The notes: a model not told the origin generated them from the sequence alone. Shown: positions 18,759 to 28,603, counted from the stretch's first letter. The stretch: DNA of 64,000 bases from Candidatus Woesearchaeota archaeon (GCA_016192905.1 JACPTG010000001.1:357005-421004), one strand, 5' to 3'. Made by a program: numbers and translations.

Positions 18759-19560
18759 TCTTAACAGCTGAAACAAGCCGGTGGAGATAAGCCATAGCGG
18801 TTTCCCGCTGATGCCTGCCAAAAACCATCTCAAGGGTCTTCCAGCCCTTCATGCCCTCATCTGACCACTCTGCATCCACTAACCCCAGACAATCAGCAAA
18901 GCCGCGTGTCAACGCGCGAAATTCCGCCGCACTCCTCTGCCTGTAAAAGTCCGCCCTTACAACATAAGAAACCCCGTCAGGGCCAGGCAGCTGGTCAAGG
19001 GTCAGAAAAAAGTCGCTCATATACCCGGAAATCCTCGTCCGGTTGGAATCAAGGCTCCTGCGAATAAGGGGAATCGCAAGCTCGCTAACCACATGCTCCC
19101 AAAAACGTTCAGCAAAAGCCGGATTGACAGGCACGTAATAAACCTCTGCCTCATGACGCTTCCTCAAGCCGATGCCTGCATACAAGGGCTTTGAGAAGCC
19201 TGCCCTGAACCTGAGGGCGAACATGCCATCCTCAACTGCCAGCGAAACCTCATCCTTCACGGCACATTCAAGCGAAACCCTGCGCAAGGGCTTATGAAAA
19301 GTCTGGACAGTAACCTCCCACGGCACATAAGAGACTGCAAGAAAACTGCTTCCCACAATCACAGGCCCGTCACTGTGATAACCTATAACCTCAGCCTGAG
19401 AGCCGCCGGCAAACACCAGCATTTCGCGCTTAAGCATCTGCCTTTGCCCGCGAAGGGCAGAGAACATAAAATCGGCAGCATCCTCCAGCGAAACAATTGC
19501 AGCGCGGCTCAAATCATATCCGAGCGCATCAAGCTTTCTCTGCAAGTTTACATTGCCCAT
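18745..19560 (-). CDS. Hypothetical protein (271 aa), last gene of GC-rich six-gene operon
   Basis: Long ORF, no recognisable motifs. Confidence 0.5.
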   Translation of the reverse strand: MGNVNLQRKLDALGYDLSRAAIVSLEDAADFMFSALRGQRQMLKREMLVFAGGSQAEVIGYHSDGPVIVGSSFLAVSYVPWEVTVQTFHKPLRRVSLECAVKDEVSLAVEDGMFALRFRAGFSKPLYAGIGLRKRHEAEVYYVPVNPAFAERFWEHVVSELAIPLIRRSLDSNRTRISGYMSDFFLTLDQLPGPDGVSYVVRADFYRQRSAAEFRALTRGFADCLGLVDAEWSDEGMKGWKTLEMVFGRHQRETAMAYLHRLVSAVKITSV

Positions 19561-19599
19561 GTCCAGCCCACAAAGGCCTGAAGATAAAAATTTGATGCA

Positions 19600-20411
19600 C
19601 TATCCCACCAACGAGGAAATTTCCTTTACAAGCCGAAAAGACGAATTGCCTGAGGGAGCAACGCCAGAGAACCTTACGCTTTGGTCTGCTGCGCCGGGCT
19701 TTGGATTGAAAATATGCACATTGGAAAGGCCATAAGCCATTGCCATGCGGCTGATGGCCAGCCTCGGCAAGACAATCCCTGGATTAACATTTACTGCAAC
19801 AGTGCCGTCATCCCTTAAGGCCCCTTCAATTTCAAAGGGGACGCGGCGGCCAGCAAGAACCCAGCTTCCATCGCGCTCAGCAGCCGTAAGGTCTGTATTA
19901 CCCGCAACCAGATTCCAGTAAAGGGCATTAGCCAGCGGCAAATCCACACGGCGCAGCCATGAAACCTCGCCTTCCTTCCAAAGCAGGCGATAGAACTCAC
20001 TGGAGCCCCCTATCCCCGCTGCTGCAACGAAATGCAAATTCCCTGCAGGTTCCCATCCCCCGAAGGCCAGGAGTGCCCAAACCAGTCGGAGCCTGACGGA
20101 AAGAGGTGCCTTACGAAGGGCTCATTTGACACCAAGTAAACTCCCCCTTCGGAATGTTGCAGAAACGGAGTTGCAAGCGCGAAATTTGACTGGGAAGGCC
20201 GCTCCCGCTCAAAGGTAACTGCATCAGGCAGGACAACCCTGCAGTCAGGCTGCTGGCCGGGCTGACTGAAGCCAAGCCCATGGTTGAAATAGTCTGCGAG
20301 GCCCTGCCTGCTGATGGCAGCCCTGTGCACTGCATCGTAGCCATCGCATACATTGGCTATCACCTGAGCAAGGTCCATTTTAGTGCGGCATGACAGGATA
20401 ATTATGAACAC
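19600..20411 (-). pseudogene. Hypothetical protein split by frameshift near 20010-20040 (133-aa + 145-aa ORFs)
   Basis: Upstream ORF ends ..GDGNLQGICISLQQRG* while downstream ORF begins one nt out of frame (TTG 'start' LHFVAAAGIGG). Combined ~275 aa. Confidence 0.4.
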
Positions 20412-20727
20412 GTAGCTGCTCCCAGCCCCAATAAGTCAAACGCAGCCCGCTCGCGTGGGGGTGACTTGCCAATTGGTCTGATTTTGAGTACTCCTTCATA
20501 AGAGCCACAACTTCAGGATACTTTGTATCAATGGTGACATCGAACCAATCATCCCTGCCCTCAACACGGACCTCTGAAGCAATCACTGCATTGAACCCAT
20601 GCATCTTTGAAACTATAAATCCAGTTGCAGGCTCAAAGCGGACAGAACACTCTGGCATACGGTCATCCAGAAAAGCTGCGAAATCAGCGATTACAGCCAC
20701 AACCGCATCTGACAGCTCCATCATCAC
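20380..20727 (-). CDS. Hypothetical small protein (115 aa)
   Basis: ATGA overlap with upstream ATPase stop. Acidic, no motifs recognised. Confidence 0.45.
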   Translation of the reverse strand: MMMELSDAVVAVIADFAAFLDDRMPECSVRFEPATGFIVSKMHGFNAVIASEVRVEGRDDWFDVTIDTKYPEVVALMKEYSKSDQLASHPHASGLRLTYWGWEQLRVHNYPVMPH

Positions 20728-21617
20728 ACCTCCTCATCAACATTCGTCCTGACAGTGGACATCTCCTCCTCGTAAGTGCGCACGTTAAGCTGGGGCTGCC
20801 TGGGCTTCCTGCCAGGCCTGGGCTGCACAGGAATATCAACGTCCTCAATCTGCTCAATCACAATCCTGGGCCCCTGCCTGATGACAGGCCTCCTCTCAAC
20901 CTTAACCACATCATTAACATGCGAGACTGTGACTTTCTCAGCTCCCAACTCCACCGCATGCCGCATGACATCCTCGCAGTTCTCAAGAAGCCGCCTCGCA
21001 TTAAAGCCTGAGCGGCTGTAAATCCTCCTGATTACCTGGTCGGAGATGAGCGGGATGTCACCTATCCGCTTTCTCACCAGCTCAACAGCATGGTCACCCT
21101 TCAGCCTCGCAAGGACCTTCACATTATCCTTAAGAAGCGAATTAAGCTCATCAGGGAACTTCTCCTTCACATGCTCTGTGCCGAAGAAGACAACAGAGCG
21201 GAAATTACCCTTCCTGAAAAGCCTGAAAAGCTCAACAGACTCCTGCTTCTTCAGGTCCTGAGCCTCATCAACCAGCAGAATCATATCCTTAGCCGGGCTT
21301 GAAAACAGCCTGCTGAAAAAGCCAGAGCCTATCAAAAGCGCCCTGAAGCTAATCCTTGAATCAGAAGTGTTGGCGCTGCAATAAATCACCTTGCCCTTTC
21401 CGCCGAACCTTGCCAGAATATTCTTCAGGATGGTTGTCTTCCCAACGCCCATCGGGCCAAGAATGAAAAGAAAGCCACCAGACTCAATCCGGCTGGAAAT
21501 CTCATCAACGTCATACCCGACAATCTCGCTGTGGAAAGCAGCAGGCTTTATGCTGAAAGGATTGTTGTAGAAACCCAGCTTGTTATACCAAACTTCACCT
21601 TGCGCCATCTTCACCAA
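20724..21617 (-). CDS. AAA+ ATPase, ExeA/AAA_22-like, with Pro/Arg-rich C-terminal tail
   Basis: N-terminal NPFSIKP then Walker A GPMGVGKTT, Walker B LLVDEAQ, lid-like ..ARRLLENCEDVMRHAVELGAEKVTVSHV. Paralog of upstream gene. Confidence 0.75.
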   Translation of the reverse strand: MVKMAQGEVWYNKLGFYNNPFSIKPAAFHSEIVGYDVDEISSRIESGGFLFILGPMGVGKTTILKNILARFGGKGKVIYCSANTSDSRISFRALLIGSGFFSRLFSSPAKDMILLVDEAQDLKKQESVELFRLFRKGNFRSVVFFGTEHVKEKFPDELNSLLKDNVKVLARLKGDHAVELVRKRIGDIPLISDQVIRRIYSRSGFNARRLLENCEDVMRHAVELGAEKVTVSHVNDVVKVERRPVIRQGPRIVIEQIEDVDIPVQPRPGRKPRQPQLNVRTYEEEMSTVRTNVDEEV

Positions 21618-22305
21618 ACACCTCTTTTACATGCTTCTCTGACACCTTGTCAGCACCATCTGAAACAGCCTTATCGCACAGCGCGCTAACGCTTGCAAGG
21701 AACTTCTTAGTGTTATGGGCAGAGAGCCTGAAAGCCTCCTTGATGATGTCATCAGGAAGAAGATTAACCGACGGAGCTTTTGCCCTTACAGCCTCCACGC
21801 TCTGCTCGGGAGTAAGGTCCCTGAGCCTGATAACCCTGCCACCAATCCTGTCCCTCAAGCTCCTGGAAAAGTGCGCCCGTGAGTATGAACCCCCTGTAAA
21901 GACAACTGACTTCACGTAATTGCTGTCAAAATAATGCTTAATCCTCTCGCAGTTCTTCCTGCTCAGGCGATTGGCGTTGTCAAGAAGCAGAATCATGTTC
22001 TTAGGAACCTTTTTGAACAGCCTGCCAAAAAAGCCATACTTGCCTGTCATCAGGCCCTCAATATTCACCTTCCTCTCAATCTGGCCGCAGTCAAAATAAA
22101 TTACCTTACCCCTTCCGCCAAAACGCTCAATAAGCTTTTTCAGGACAGCAGACTTGCCGCTGCCCTCCTTGCCCTCCACAAAAACCATGCTGCCAGACTC
22201 AACCCTGTAAACAATCTCATCCAACACCTTATCCAGGCCAAAAAGATTACTGGAAGATGTAAAAGGGTCCTCGGCAAAATCATAATCCTCATACCACGCC
22301 ATCAC
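21595..22305 (-). CDS. AAA+ ATPase, ExeA/AAA_22-like (paralog)
   Basis: DPFTSSSN..GKEGSGKSAVLKKL (Walker A), ILLLDNANRL (Walker B), lid ..TKKFLASVSALCDKAVSDGADKVSEKHV. Confidence 0.75.
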   Translation of the reverse strand: MMAWYEDYDFAEDPFTSSSNLFGLDKVLDEIVYRVESGSMVFVEGKEGSGKSAVLKKLIERFGGRGKVIYFDCGQIERKVNIEGLMTGKYGFFGRLFKKVPKNMILLLDNANRLSRKNCERIKHYFDSNYVKSVVFTGGSYSRAHFSRSLRDRIGGRVIRLRDLTPEQSVEAVRAKAPSVNLLPDDIIKEAFRLSAHNTKKFLASVSALCDKAVSDGADKVSEKHVKEVFGEDGAR

Positions 22306-23054
22306 TCCTCAATCCTCCTTGCCCTGGCCCTGTACTCCTCAGCCAGCGAATAATACTTATGAGCCTCTCCCTCATCACCCTTCTCATGCAACTCCTCAGC
22401 CTTCCTGTGGAAATTCCGGGCCTTGCCCAGGTCGCCCTGCGGGGTCTCCCTGAAGAGGAAAAGCAACACAAGGGCGACAACCAAAAATGCAATTGCAGCG
22501 CCGGCGATAACATACGCATTGAATCCTCCGGCATTAAAGCCTGAAATAACTGGCTGTTGGGGCTGTGAGACATTTGAAGCATTAGAGGTTGAAGGAGGAT
22601 TAGGAGCAGCCATGGCGCTCAATTCAGACCTGGTAAACTGGCTCTTACCAGCCCTGCACTGCCCAAGGTCACCGCTAAAGCACCGGCAGCCCTTTACGCC
22701 CCTATCATAATAGCAGTTAAACTGGAAATTGCCATCAGACCTTTCAACGCACTCAAACTGGTAAGCGCAGAAATCATCAGCTGAAAATGAGGACTTTGCA
22801 ACATTACACTGGGACACCTCGCCCTTAAAACACCTGCACGAGCCACTATCAGAATAGCACCCAAACCAGTAAAGCCTCGCAGCCCGCTCCGCAAGCTGAC
22901 ACTCAAGCTGGCGCGAGCAGTCAGCATCACTGAAATTCGCAGACCCCGGCGCAGAAGCCGCATCCTCTGAATGAGGCTCAGCTGTCTCATGCGCAATGGA
23001 AGCGGCAGCTAAAAACAAAGCAAAAAACACCGCAAAAAAAGCCAGTCTTTTCAA
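22302..23054 (-). CDS. Membrane protein with signal peptide, two tandem 6-Cys extracellular repeats, one TM helix and charged cytoplasmic tail
   Basis: MKRLAFFAVFFALFLAAASIA. Repeats C-x4-C-x13-C-x6-C-x-C-x7-C twice. TM AYVIAGAAIAFLVVALVLLFLF. ATGA overlap with downstream ATPase. Confidence 0.65.
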   Translation of the reverse strand: MKRLAFFAVFFALFLAAASIAHETAEPHSEDAASAPGSANFSDADCSRQLECQLAERAARLYWFGCYSDSGSCRCFKGEVSQCNVAKSSFSADDFCAYQFECVERSDGNFQFNCYYDRGVKGCRCFSGDLGQCRAGKSQFTRSELSAMAAPNPPSTSNASNVSQPQQPVISGFNAGGFNAYVIAGAAIAFLVVALVLLFLFRETPQGDLGKARNFHRKAEELHEKGDEGEAHKYYSLAEEYRARARRIEE

Positions 23055-23160
23055 TGCAATCCCTCTTAAATGAAGCCGCGGCTAACTGGCCTTTTATATA
23101 AATTTTTTGCACGCTTTTTAAGCTGGAAAAAAAGCTGTTTCGCCACCATCCAAAAACGAA

Positions 23161-24054
23161 CTAAACAGCGCTTTGTATAAACTCATGCCTGCTGCGGAAG
23201 CCGCTTTTTTTTGCAATTTTTTTGATGGCAAAATCAAAGCCAGAGCCGTACTGCGCAGCCAGCTTTTTCCTGCCTGAAATTGCCTCGGGCAGGCCAAGCT
23301 GAACAGCGGCAAGCCGCAGGATATGCTTCTTTGAGCCGGCCTTGATTTTCAGCCCGCCGTCCATACGCATAGCTGACACAATCAGCTCCTGATCCATGAA
23401 AGGCGTGGCAAATGAAACGCCAAGGTTTGAGGCAATGGCTGTATCCCTTACAAGGTCGCGCTGATGCATTCCATAAAGCCCCTGCCAGCACTCGGCGTTA
23501 ATGTCAGCGGCAAACCCATGCCTCTGGTAACCTGCAAAAATCTCCTCAGAACCCAGGCCTGAAAAAATGACTGAAACGCCATCCTGCTTCGCAAGCCGAC
23601 AGGCAGCATAAACAACAGAAGCAACTCCGACGTTAACAACGTCAACCTTAGGAATAATCCGGCTAACCTCTGACACAATCGCCCCTACCTCATCCAATGC
23701 ATAATTCCTGGCAGCCAAATCAAGGCCCAGACTCCGGGATGCCTCGCCTGCGGCAGCCAGATCCTTTGAATTTCCAAAGCCGACAGAATAGCACCTGAAA
23801 TGAGGCGAAAAATTCCTGCATAAAAACGCAATCAGGGAGCTATCAACTCCACCTGAAAAAAGGACTCCAAAACGTGCAGCGGGAATTCTTTTTTCAACTG
23901 CCTCCGGGATGGCTTCCTTCAGAATTGAGACAGCCTCAGCCTCCCCAGAAATCCCAGACTGAAGTGATGCCCTCTCCTGCAAGGCACTTACCTCAGAGCG
24001 CCAGCCTGACTCGGGCAGCAGCCTGCCATCAGAGGATGTATAAATTTCGCGCAT
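23161..24054 (-). CDS. Asparagine synthetase-like PP-loop ATP pyrophosphatase (AsnB C-terminal domain family)
   Basis: SGGVDSS PP-loop motif. Start placed at MREIYTSS (tool start 24150 further upstream). Confidence 0.7.
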   Translation of the reverse strand: MREIYTSSDGRLLPESGWRSEVSALQERASLQSGISGEAEAVSILKEAIPEAVEKRIPAARFGVLFSGGVDSSLIAFLCRNFSPHFRCYSVGFGNSKDLAAAGEASRSLGLDLAARNYALDEVGAIVSEVSRIIPKVDVVNVGVASVVYAACRLAKQDGVSVIFSGLGSEEIFAGYQRHGFAADINAECWQGLYGMHQRDLVRDTAIASNLGVSFATPFMDQELIVSAMRMDGGLKIKAGSKKHILRLAAVQLGLPEAISGRKKLAAQYGSGFDFAIKKIAKKSGFRSRHEFIQSAV

Positions 24055-24108
24055 CGCAAACAGGAATCCAGGCAAATATTTAAATATTGAGCAGCAAAAC
24101 CACCAATC

Positions 24109-24321
24109 ATGCCAGAAAGCAGGGAAAAGGCAGAACTGACGGGCTTCCACAAAGGCAGCCTTACAACACTCGCAAAGGAAAGGCAGGAACTAACAAGGCT
24201 CCTCGCCATAGTTGAACAGCTCATGCAAATGCACATAGCAGAGCTGAAAAAGATGGGGGTAGACCTTGAAAAAGAGGCAAAGGCAAAAAAGCCAATAGAG
24301 GACATAGTCAGGAAAAGCTGA
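24109..24321 (+). CDS. Small hypothetical coiled-coil protein (70 aa)
   Basis: ORF ending 4 nt before DUF371 gene. Weak. Confidence 0.3.
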   Translation: MPESREKAELTGFHKGSLTTLAKERQELTRLLAIVEQLMQMHIAELKKMGVDLEKEAKAKKPIEDIVRKS

Positions 24322-24325
24322 TTCC

Positions 24326-24718
24326 ATGAATTACGAGTTCTCCGCATACGGACATCCAAACATAACAGCAAGGCACAGGACAACGCTGGAATTCACAAAA
24401 GACAGGGAAGCAACCGCGAACGGGGACTGCATTGTCGGGGTGAAGGCTGATTTTGAGCTGCCTGAACTGAAGAAATTCCTAAGCTGCGGCAGGATAAGGA
24501 TAGGGATAAGCGTGGCGGGAATGACTGAGGAGATAACCGCCACTCCAAACCCTGGCTTCAGCAGCAGCCATGAAATGGTCATAAGAAAGACAGAGTTTGC
24601 AAGCGCCAGGACTTTTGCAGTAAGGGCTGACAAGAGCTCCTGCGAAATCAGCAGAAGCATGGCTGCAGCCTTAAAGGCAGAAGAGGCTGAAATAAGGGTT
24701 AACGTTACCGCTTACTGA
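24326..24718 (+). CDS. DUF371 family protein
   Basis: 130 aa. ..GHPNITARHRTTLEFTKD..GDCIVGV.. pattern. Confidence 0.65.
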   Translation: MNYEFSAYGHPNITARHRTTLEFTKDREATANGDCIVGVKADFELPELKKFLSCGRIRIGISVAGMTEEITATPNPGFSSSHEMVIRKTEFASARTFAVRADKSSCEISRSMAAALKAEEAEIRVNVTAY

Positions 24719-24776
24719 ATATATAGCGCATATAGAAATGATTATAAATCTGCCTGCTTATCATAAAAATTAAATT

Positions 24777-26198
24777 TTGGGGAGATGGAGGAATGACAGT
24801 TTGATTCAATTACTCGATTTTCCGGCAATAACCACAGAGTACCGGGATGCAATAAGAGGCGTTAGAGATAGCCTTATCGGTGTCCGCAGGGACGCGGTAG
24901 CGGCGGTTGAAGAGGCTCTTTCATCTAAAACCATTGACAGTGTGACACGGAAACTGCAGGAAAGGCTGAAAGCGACAGGGAAAAAAGCCACTACAGAAGT
25001 CGAAAGGGAAGTCCAAAGGGAAGCTGCCCTGCTAAGGGCATATCCGCTGCTCTACGGAGGAGCGGACCTTGAGAGGGAAGTAGCACAGATAGCCCAGCAG
25101 GCCAACATCCCGCGACTCAGACGCTGGCATGATGCTGCGTCCAGAACACTTGAGGATGCCCTCATATCATACATGCTAAACTTTGCCATCCCTGAATGGA
25201 CAGGAGAGCAGGACCCCAGACTTAGATACGACCTTCGCGTTGAAGGAATATGCGAAGGATGCTGGCAAAAAGGCAGGGAAGGCTCAGGCTTGACCAAAGG
25301 GGAATTTAAAATTCAGAGAGACATCAGCCTGTCAGAGCTTGCTGCCAATCCACGTGAGATACTAATCACAGATTATGCATTAAACCATGGTTCTGCAGCC
25401 AGAGATTTATATTCTCCCATCTGCAAATCAGGCAAAAGAACTGAAAAGGCAATCCCGCTTGTCACTGTCCATAAATTGCAGCTTCTGGGCCCAACTGGAG
25501 AGGTGGCGCGGTATGCAGAAGCCCAGTTCAGGATGAAATCAGGAAAGTCGTTCGTTGACAAGGCAACTGAATACATCACCGGAAGCAGAAAACCAACAGG
25601 CCTGCCGCAACTGGTCCAGGACTTCATGGCAGCCACACTTATGAGCCGGATGGACCAACTTCCACGCAAATATGTAAGATGGAATGAAGCCTTCAGCCAG
25701 CAGTTCATGCGAGGAACAGCATGGTGGGAAGGCAACATACTTGCGCAAAGGTGTGACCAGTGGCTGGACGAATTTCCAAAGGCCCTGGAAGCGCATCCAG
25801 AAGAATGGCAGCTATACATGGCCAAATACTTTCCCCGCATTGATGCAAGCAGCAGAAACAGGCATGCAAAAGAGGGAAACGGAAATGCAAGGTTCATAGA
25901 AGTAACGCATGGCATAATGCCAATAGGCGCATACAACAGGATAGAGATCCACGTGAGAGACAAGGCGTCAGCAACTAAGGAAAGCGGAACCATCCAAATC
26001 GAAGGAGGAGAGCGATCAGACATAGAACATCTGGGCTACAAAATGGCGAAAGAGCGGAAAAGGCTGGAAAATTGGAGTCTGCTAGAGGCTTTATGCCTAA
26101 CAAAAATTGCATATCCCCTGTTTGGGCACAATCCAATCAGAACCCTGGTCCAAGGGTTTGCACAGAAAGTCGTGGAAAGGGCATACCGCCTAAGCTGA
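24777..26198 (+). CDS. Hypothetical protein (473 aa), start uncertain (TTG)
   Basis: Long ORF with GGAGATGGAGG RBS-like element upstream of in-frame TTG. No motif recognised. Confidence 0.55.
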   Translation: MGRWRNDSLIQLLDFPAITTEYRDAIRGVRDSLIGVRRDAVAAVEEALSSKTIDSVTRKLQERLKATGKKATTEVEREVQREAALLRAYPLLYGGADLEREVAQIAQQANIPRLRRWHDAASRTLEDALISYMLNFAIPEWTGEQDPRLRYDLRVEGICEGCWQKGREGSGLTKGEFKIQRDISLSELAANPREILITDYALNHGSAARDLYSPICKSGKRTEKAIPLVTVHKLQLLGPTGEVARYAEAQFRMKSGKSFVDKATEYITGSRKPTGLPQLVQDFMAATLMSRMDQLPRKYVRWNEAFSQQFMRGTAWWEGNILAQRCDQWLDEFPKALEAHPEEWQLYMAKYFPRIDASSRNRHAKEGNGNARFIEVTHGIMPIGAYNRIEIHVRDKASATKESGTIQIEGGERSDIEHLGYKMAKERKRLENWSLLEALCLTKIAYPLFGHNPIRTLVQGFAQKVVERAYRLS

Positions 26199-26654
26199 GG
26201 ATTTAACCCTCCTGGTCTTCGGCACGAAATTCTTAATCCTGCCATTGGCATAGCGGCCGCAGCCAAGGTAATCTGAATTGCGGCGAAGGATGACAAAGCC
26301 AGAGCATCCCGGGCAGTCCTTCATCAAATCCTCACCCCTCAGCCACTGACGCATCTCCTCACCTGAAATCTCCACGACATTCTTAGACGCCGACGGGCCC
26401 AGAAGCTGAGAGCCTTCTATTGAGAGGCGGATTGCCTCATCCTTAAGCTCGCCGAAGTAAAGGCCGGCGCTGTTTACCCTCAGATTCTGCAAATCCAGCC
26501 TGCCAACATCCCTGGAAATAAGATGAAGCTTATTCCTTGAGTTTATGAGAAAAGCAGAATCAGGCAGCCTGGCGCCCCACTGGCGTTCAACAATTGAAGC
26601 AATACCTCGCACCTCCCTTGAGTTAAGGAACCTTAAGCGCAGCACAAAACACAA
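26190..26654 (-). CDS. Nip7-like ribosome biogenesis protein with C-terminal PUA domain
   Basis: ..SREVRGIASIVERQWG.. N-domain and ..GFVILRRNSDYLGCGRYANGRIKNFVPKTRR PUA-like end. Confidence 0.55.
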   Translation of the reverse strand: MCFVLRLRFLNSREVRGIASIVERQWGARLPDSAFLINSRNKLHLISRDVGRLDLQNLRVNSAGLYFGELKDEAIRLSIEGSQLLGPSASKNVVEISGEEMRQWLRGEDLMKDCPGCSGFVILRRNSDYLGCGRYANGRIKNFVPKTRRVKSSA

Positions 26655-26700
26655 GGCTGCGGGAAAGGCTTAAATAATTTATCTATGAAAGGCTGAACTT

Positions 26701-26844
26701 TCAAAAGCCTAAGTCCTCCCTTGTAAACACTCTTCCAGCTGCCAAATTCTGCTCAAACTCCAGAAGCCTTTTGTAAAGCGCCGTATTCCTGAGAGCCTCG
26801 TTTTCGGCCTTAAGCCGAGCATATTCCCTTTTCAAAACAACCAT
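26701..26844 (-). CDS. Small ORF (47 aa), hypothetical
   Basis: ATG-started coiled-coil-like peptide MVVLKREYARLKAENEALRN.. directly downstream of aIF5B. Not in ORF track. Confidence 0.25.
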   Translation of the reverse strand: MVVLKREYARLKAENEALRNTALYKRLLEFEQNLAAGRVFTREDLGF

Positions 26845-26860
26845 ATTTTACTTAAATCCC

Positions 26861-28603
26861 TCAGACCCCCCAAACGGGATTATACTTCCTCATCGTGTCT
26901 GCCAATTCGCGCAGAACAGCCACTTCGCCCTTTGACAGGTACTTTGAATACTGCTTGAGCTTCCTGTAGTCCTCCTCCGGAACCGCGCTGATAAGCTCAT
27001 CGCCCTCATTCACCTGCCTGCCAACAGTCACGTTATCCATTGAAACAGCAACACGGCTTCCTGCATCGGCTGAATTCACAGACTCCTGCTCAAGCTGGAT
27101 TGACTTTACCAAGCCGATGGCTTTTCCGCGGCTCATTACAGGCATCCCTGCCTTAAGCACACCAACCAGGATCTCAACCCCAAAGACAGCTGGATTGCTC
27201 TGCCTGAAAACATATCCTGCAAGGATTTTCAGCCTGCACGGCCTGACCAGGGCGTCAAGAACCTTGGCCTCGGCTGTTTTTTTAAGCTCAGCCTGCCACG
27301 CCTCAAATTCCTCAATAAGCTGATATATTACCCTGCTGGCAAAAACCCTTGCCTGGGCCGGGTCAGGAACCGCAACATTGAACGCGAGGACAGCTGAATT
27401 AAGGGGGTCTGTGTTTGCCTGGGCAGCCTTAACATCCTTTCTTGTCACGTCGCCAATGGATGCCCTCCTTACAGGAATTGACTTCTCCTTCAGAATCATC
27501 AGCAGCGCCTCAAGGCTGCCAAGGGTGTCTGCCTTAACGACTACACCCGCCCTTTCAGTCTCAACCAAAACCTCCTGAACCTCAGACTGAACCTCAGAGC
27601 TGACCGCCTCCAGATTATCAAGAACGCCCCTCAGCGGCGCGCCGGCAACAACATTATCCACATCAGGGGCAACAACCTTCACGCCTGCTGCAGCAGAGAC
27701 AGAATCAACAGGCTCAAACCTTCCGCGGCCGCCCATCTCGGCAAGAGGGGCAGGCTCAAAAAGGGCCTTAACCCTTGTTACAACAGGCGAATCCAGGCCG
27801 CCAATTACTATGGCATCGCCTTTCCTCAAAACCCCGTCATAAACTATGACATCCAAAGTTGTGCCAAGGCCCTTATCCCTCTTGACCTCAAGCACTGTGC
27901 CCTTGGCAGGGCCTGAAACGTCAGCCCTCAGCGACTGCTCCAGGAACTTCTGGGCAAGGCCGGAAATCACCATCAGCAGCTCAGGAATGCCCTCACCGCT
28001 CTTCGCAGAGCAGGGAATAATCGCGACCTGCCTTGAATAATCCTCAACCCGGTCGAAACGTTCGGAGCCAAAGCCAAGCTCAGACAGCTTACCCACGATG
28101 TCATAAATCCGCTGCTCAACAAACTCCTGGGCTGCAGGAGCCTGGGAAGAGATGCTGGCAGATACAAGGCCTGAGCCAGGACGCCATCCGGGCGAAAGGT
28201 CGAGCTTATTCGCGGCGACCACGAACGGCGTCTTAAAGCCTTTAAGGATTTCTATGGCCTCATAAGTCTGAGGCTTGAAACCCTCAACAAGGTCTATGAC
28301 GAGAATGGCAATGTCCGCAAGATTGCCTCCGCGCCTCCTAAGGTTTGTAAAGGCAGCATGGCCAGGCGTGTCAATGAAAAGCAGCCCTGGAATTGTAAAG
28401 CTGATTTTCAAAGCCTTCAGCAAGTCGCCGCAAATGGCCTGCACTGTGGAAAGCGGGACATAGCTGCAGCCAATGGACTGCGTAATGCCGCCAGCCTCCC
28501 TTGCGGCAACGGCCGTGCCCCTAACCTTATCAAGCAGCAAAGTCTTTCCCGCATCCACATGGCCAACCGTGACTATAAGGGGCTGCCTGACAGAGGTTTC
28601 CAT
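26861..28603 (-). CDS. infB: Translation initiation factor aIF5B (IF2 homolog)
   Basis: G domain VGHVDAGKTLLLDKV..DTPGH..NKLD, domains II-IV, 580 aa. Confidence 0.9.
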   Translation of the reverse strand: METSVRQPLIVTVGHVDAGKTLLLDKVRGTAVAAREAGGITQSIGCSYVPLSTVQAICGDLLKALKISFTIPGLLFIDTPGHAAFTNLRRRGGNLADIAILVIDLVEGFKPQTYEAIEILKGFKTPFVVAANKLDLSPGWRPGSGLVSASISSQAPAAQEFVEQRIYDIVGKLSELGFGSERFDRVEDYSRQVAIIPCSAKSGEGIPELLMVISGLAQKFLEQSLRADVSGPAKGTVLEVKRDKGLGTTLDVIVYDGVLRKGDAIVIGGLDSPVVTRVKALFEPAPLAEMGGRGRFEPVDSVSAAAGVKVVAPDVDNVVAGAPLRGVLDNLEAVSSEVQSEVQEVLVETERAGVVVKADTLGSLEALLMILKEKSIPVRRASIGDVTRKDVKAAQANTDPLNSAVLAFNVAVPDPAQARVFASRVIYQLIEEFEAWQAELKKTAEAKVLDALVRPCRLKILAGYVFRQSNPAVFGVEILVGVLKAGMPVMSRGKAIGLVKSIQLEQESVNSADAGSRVAVSMDNVTVGRQVNEGDELISAVPEEDYRKLKQYSKYLSKGEVAVLRELADTMRKYNPVWGV

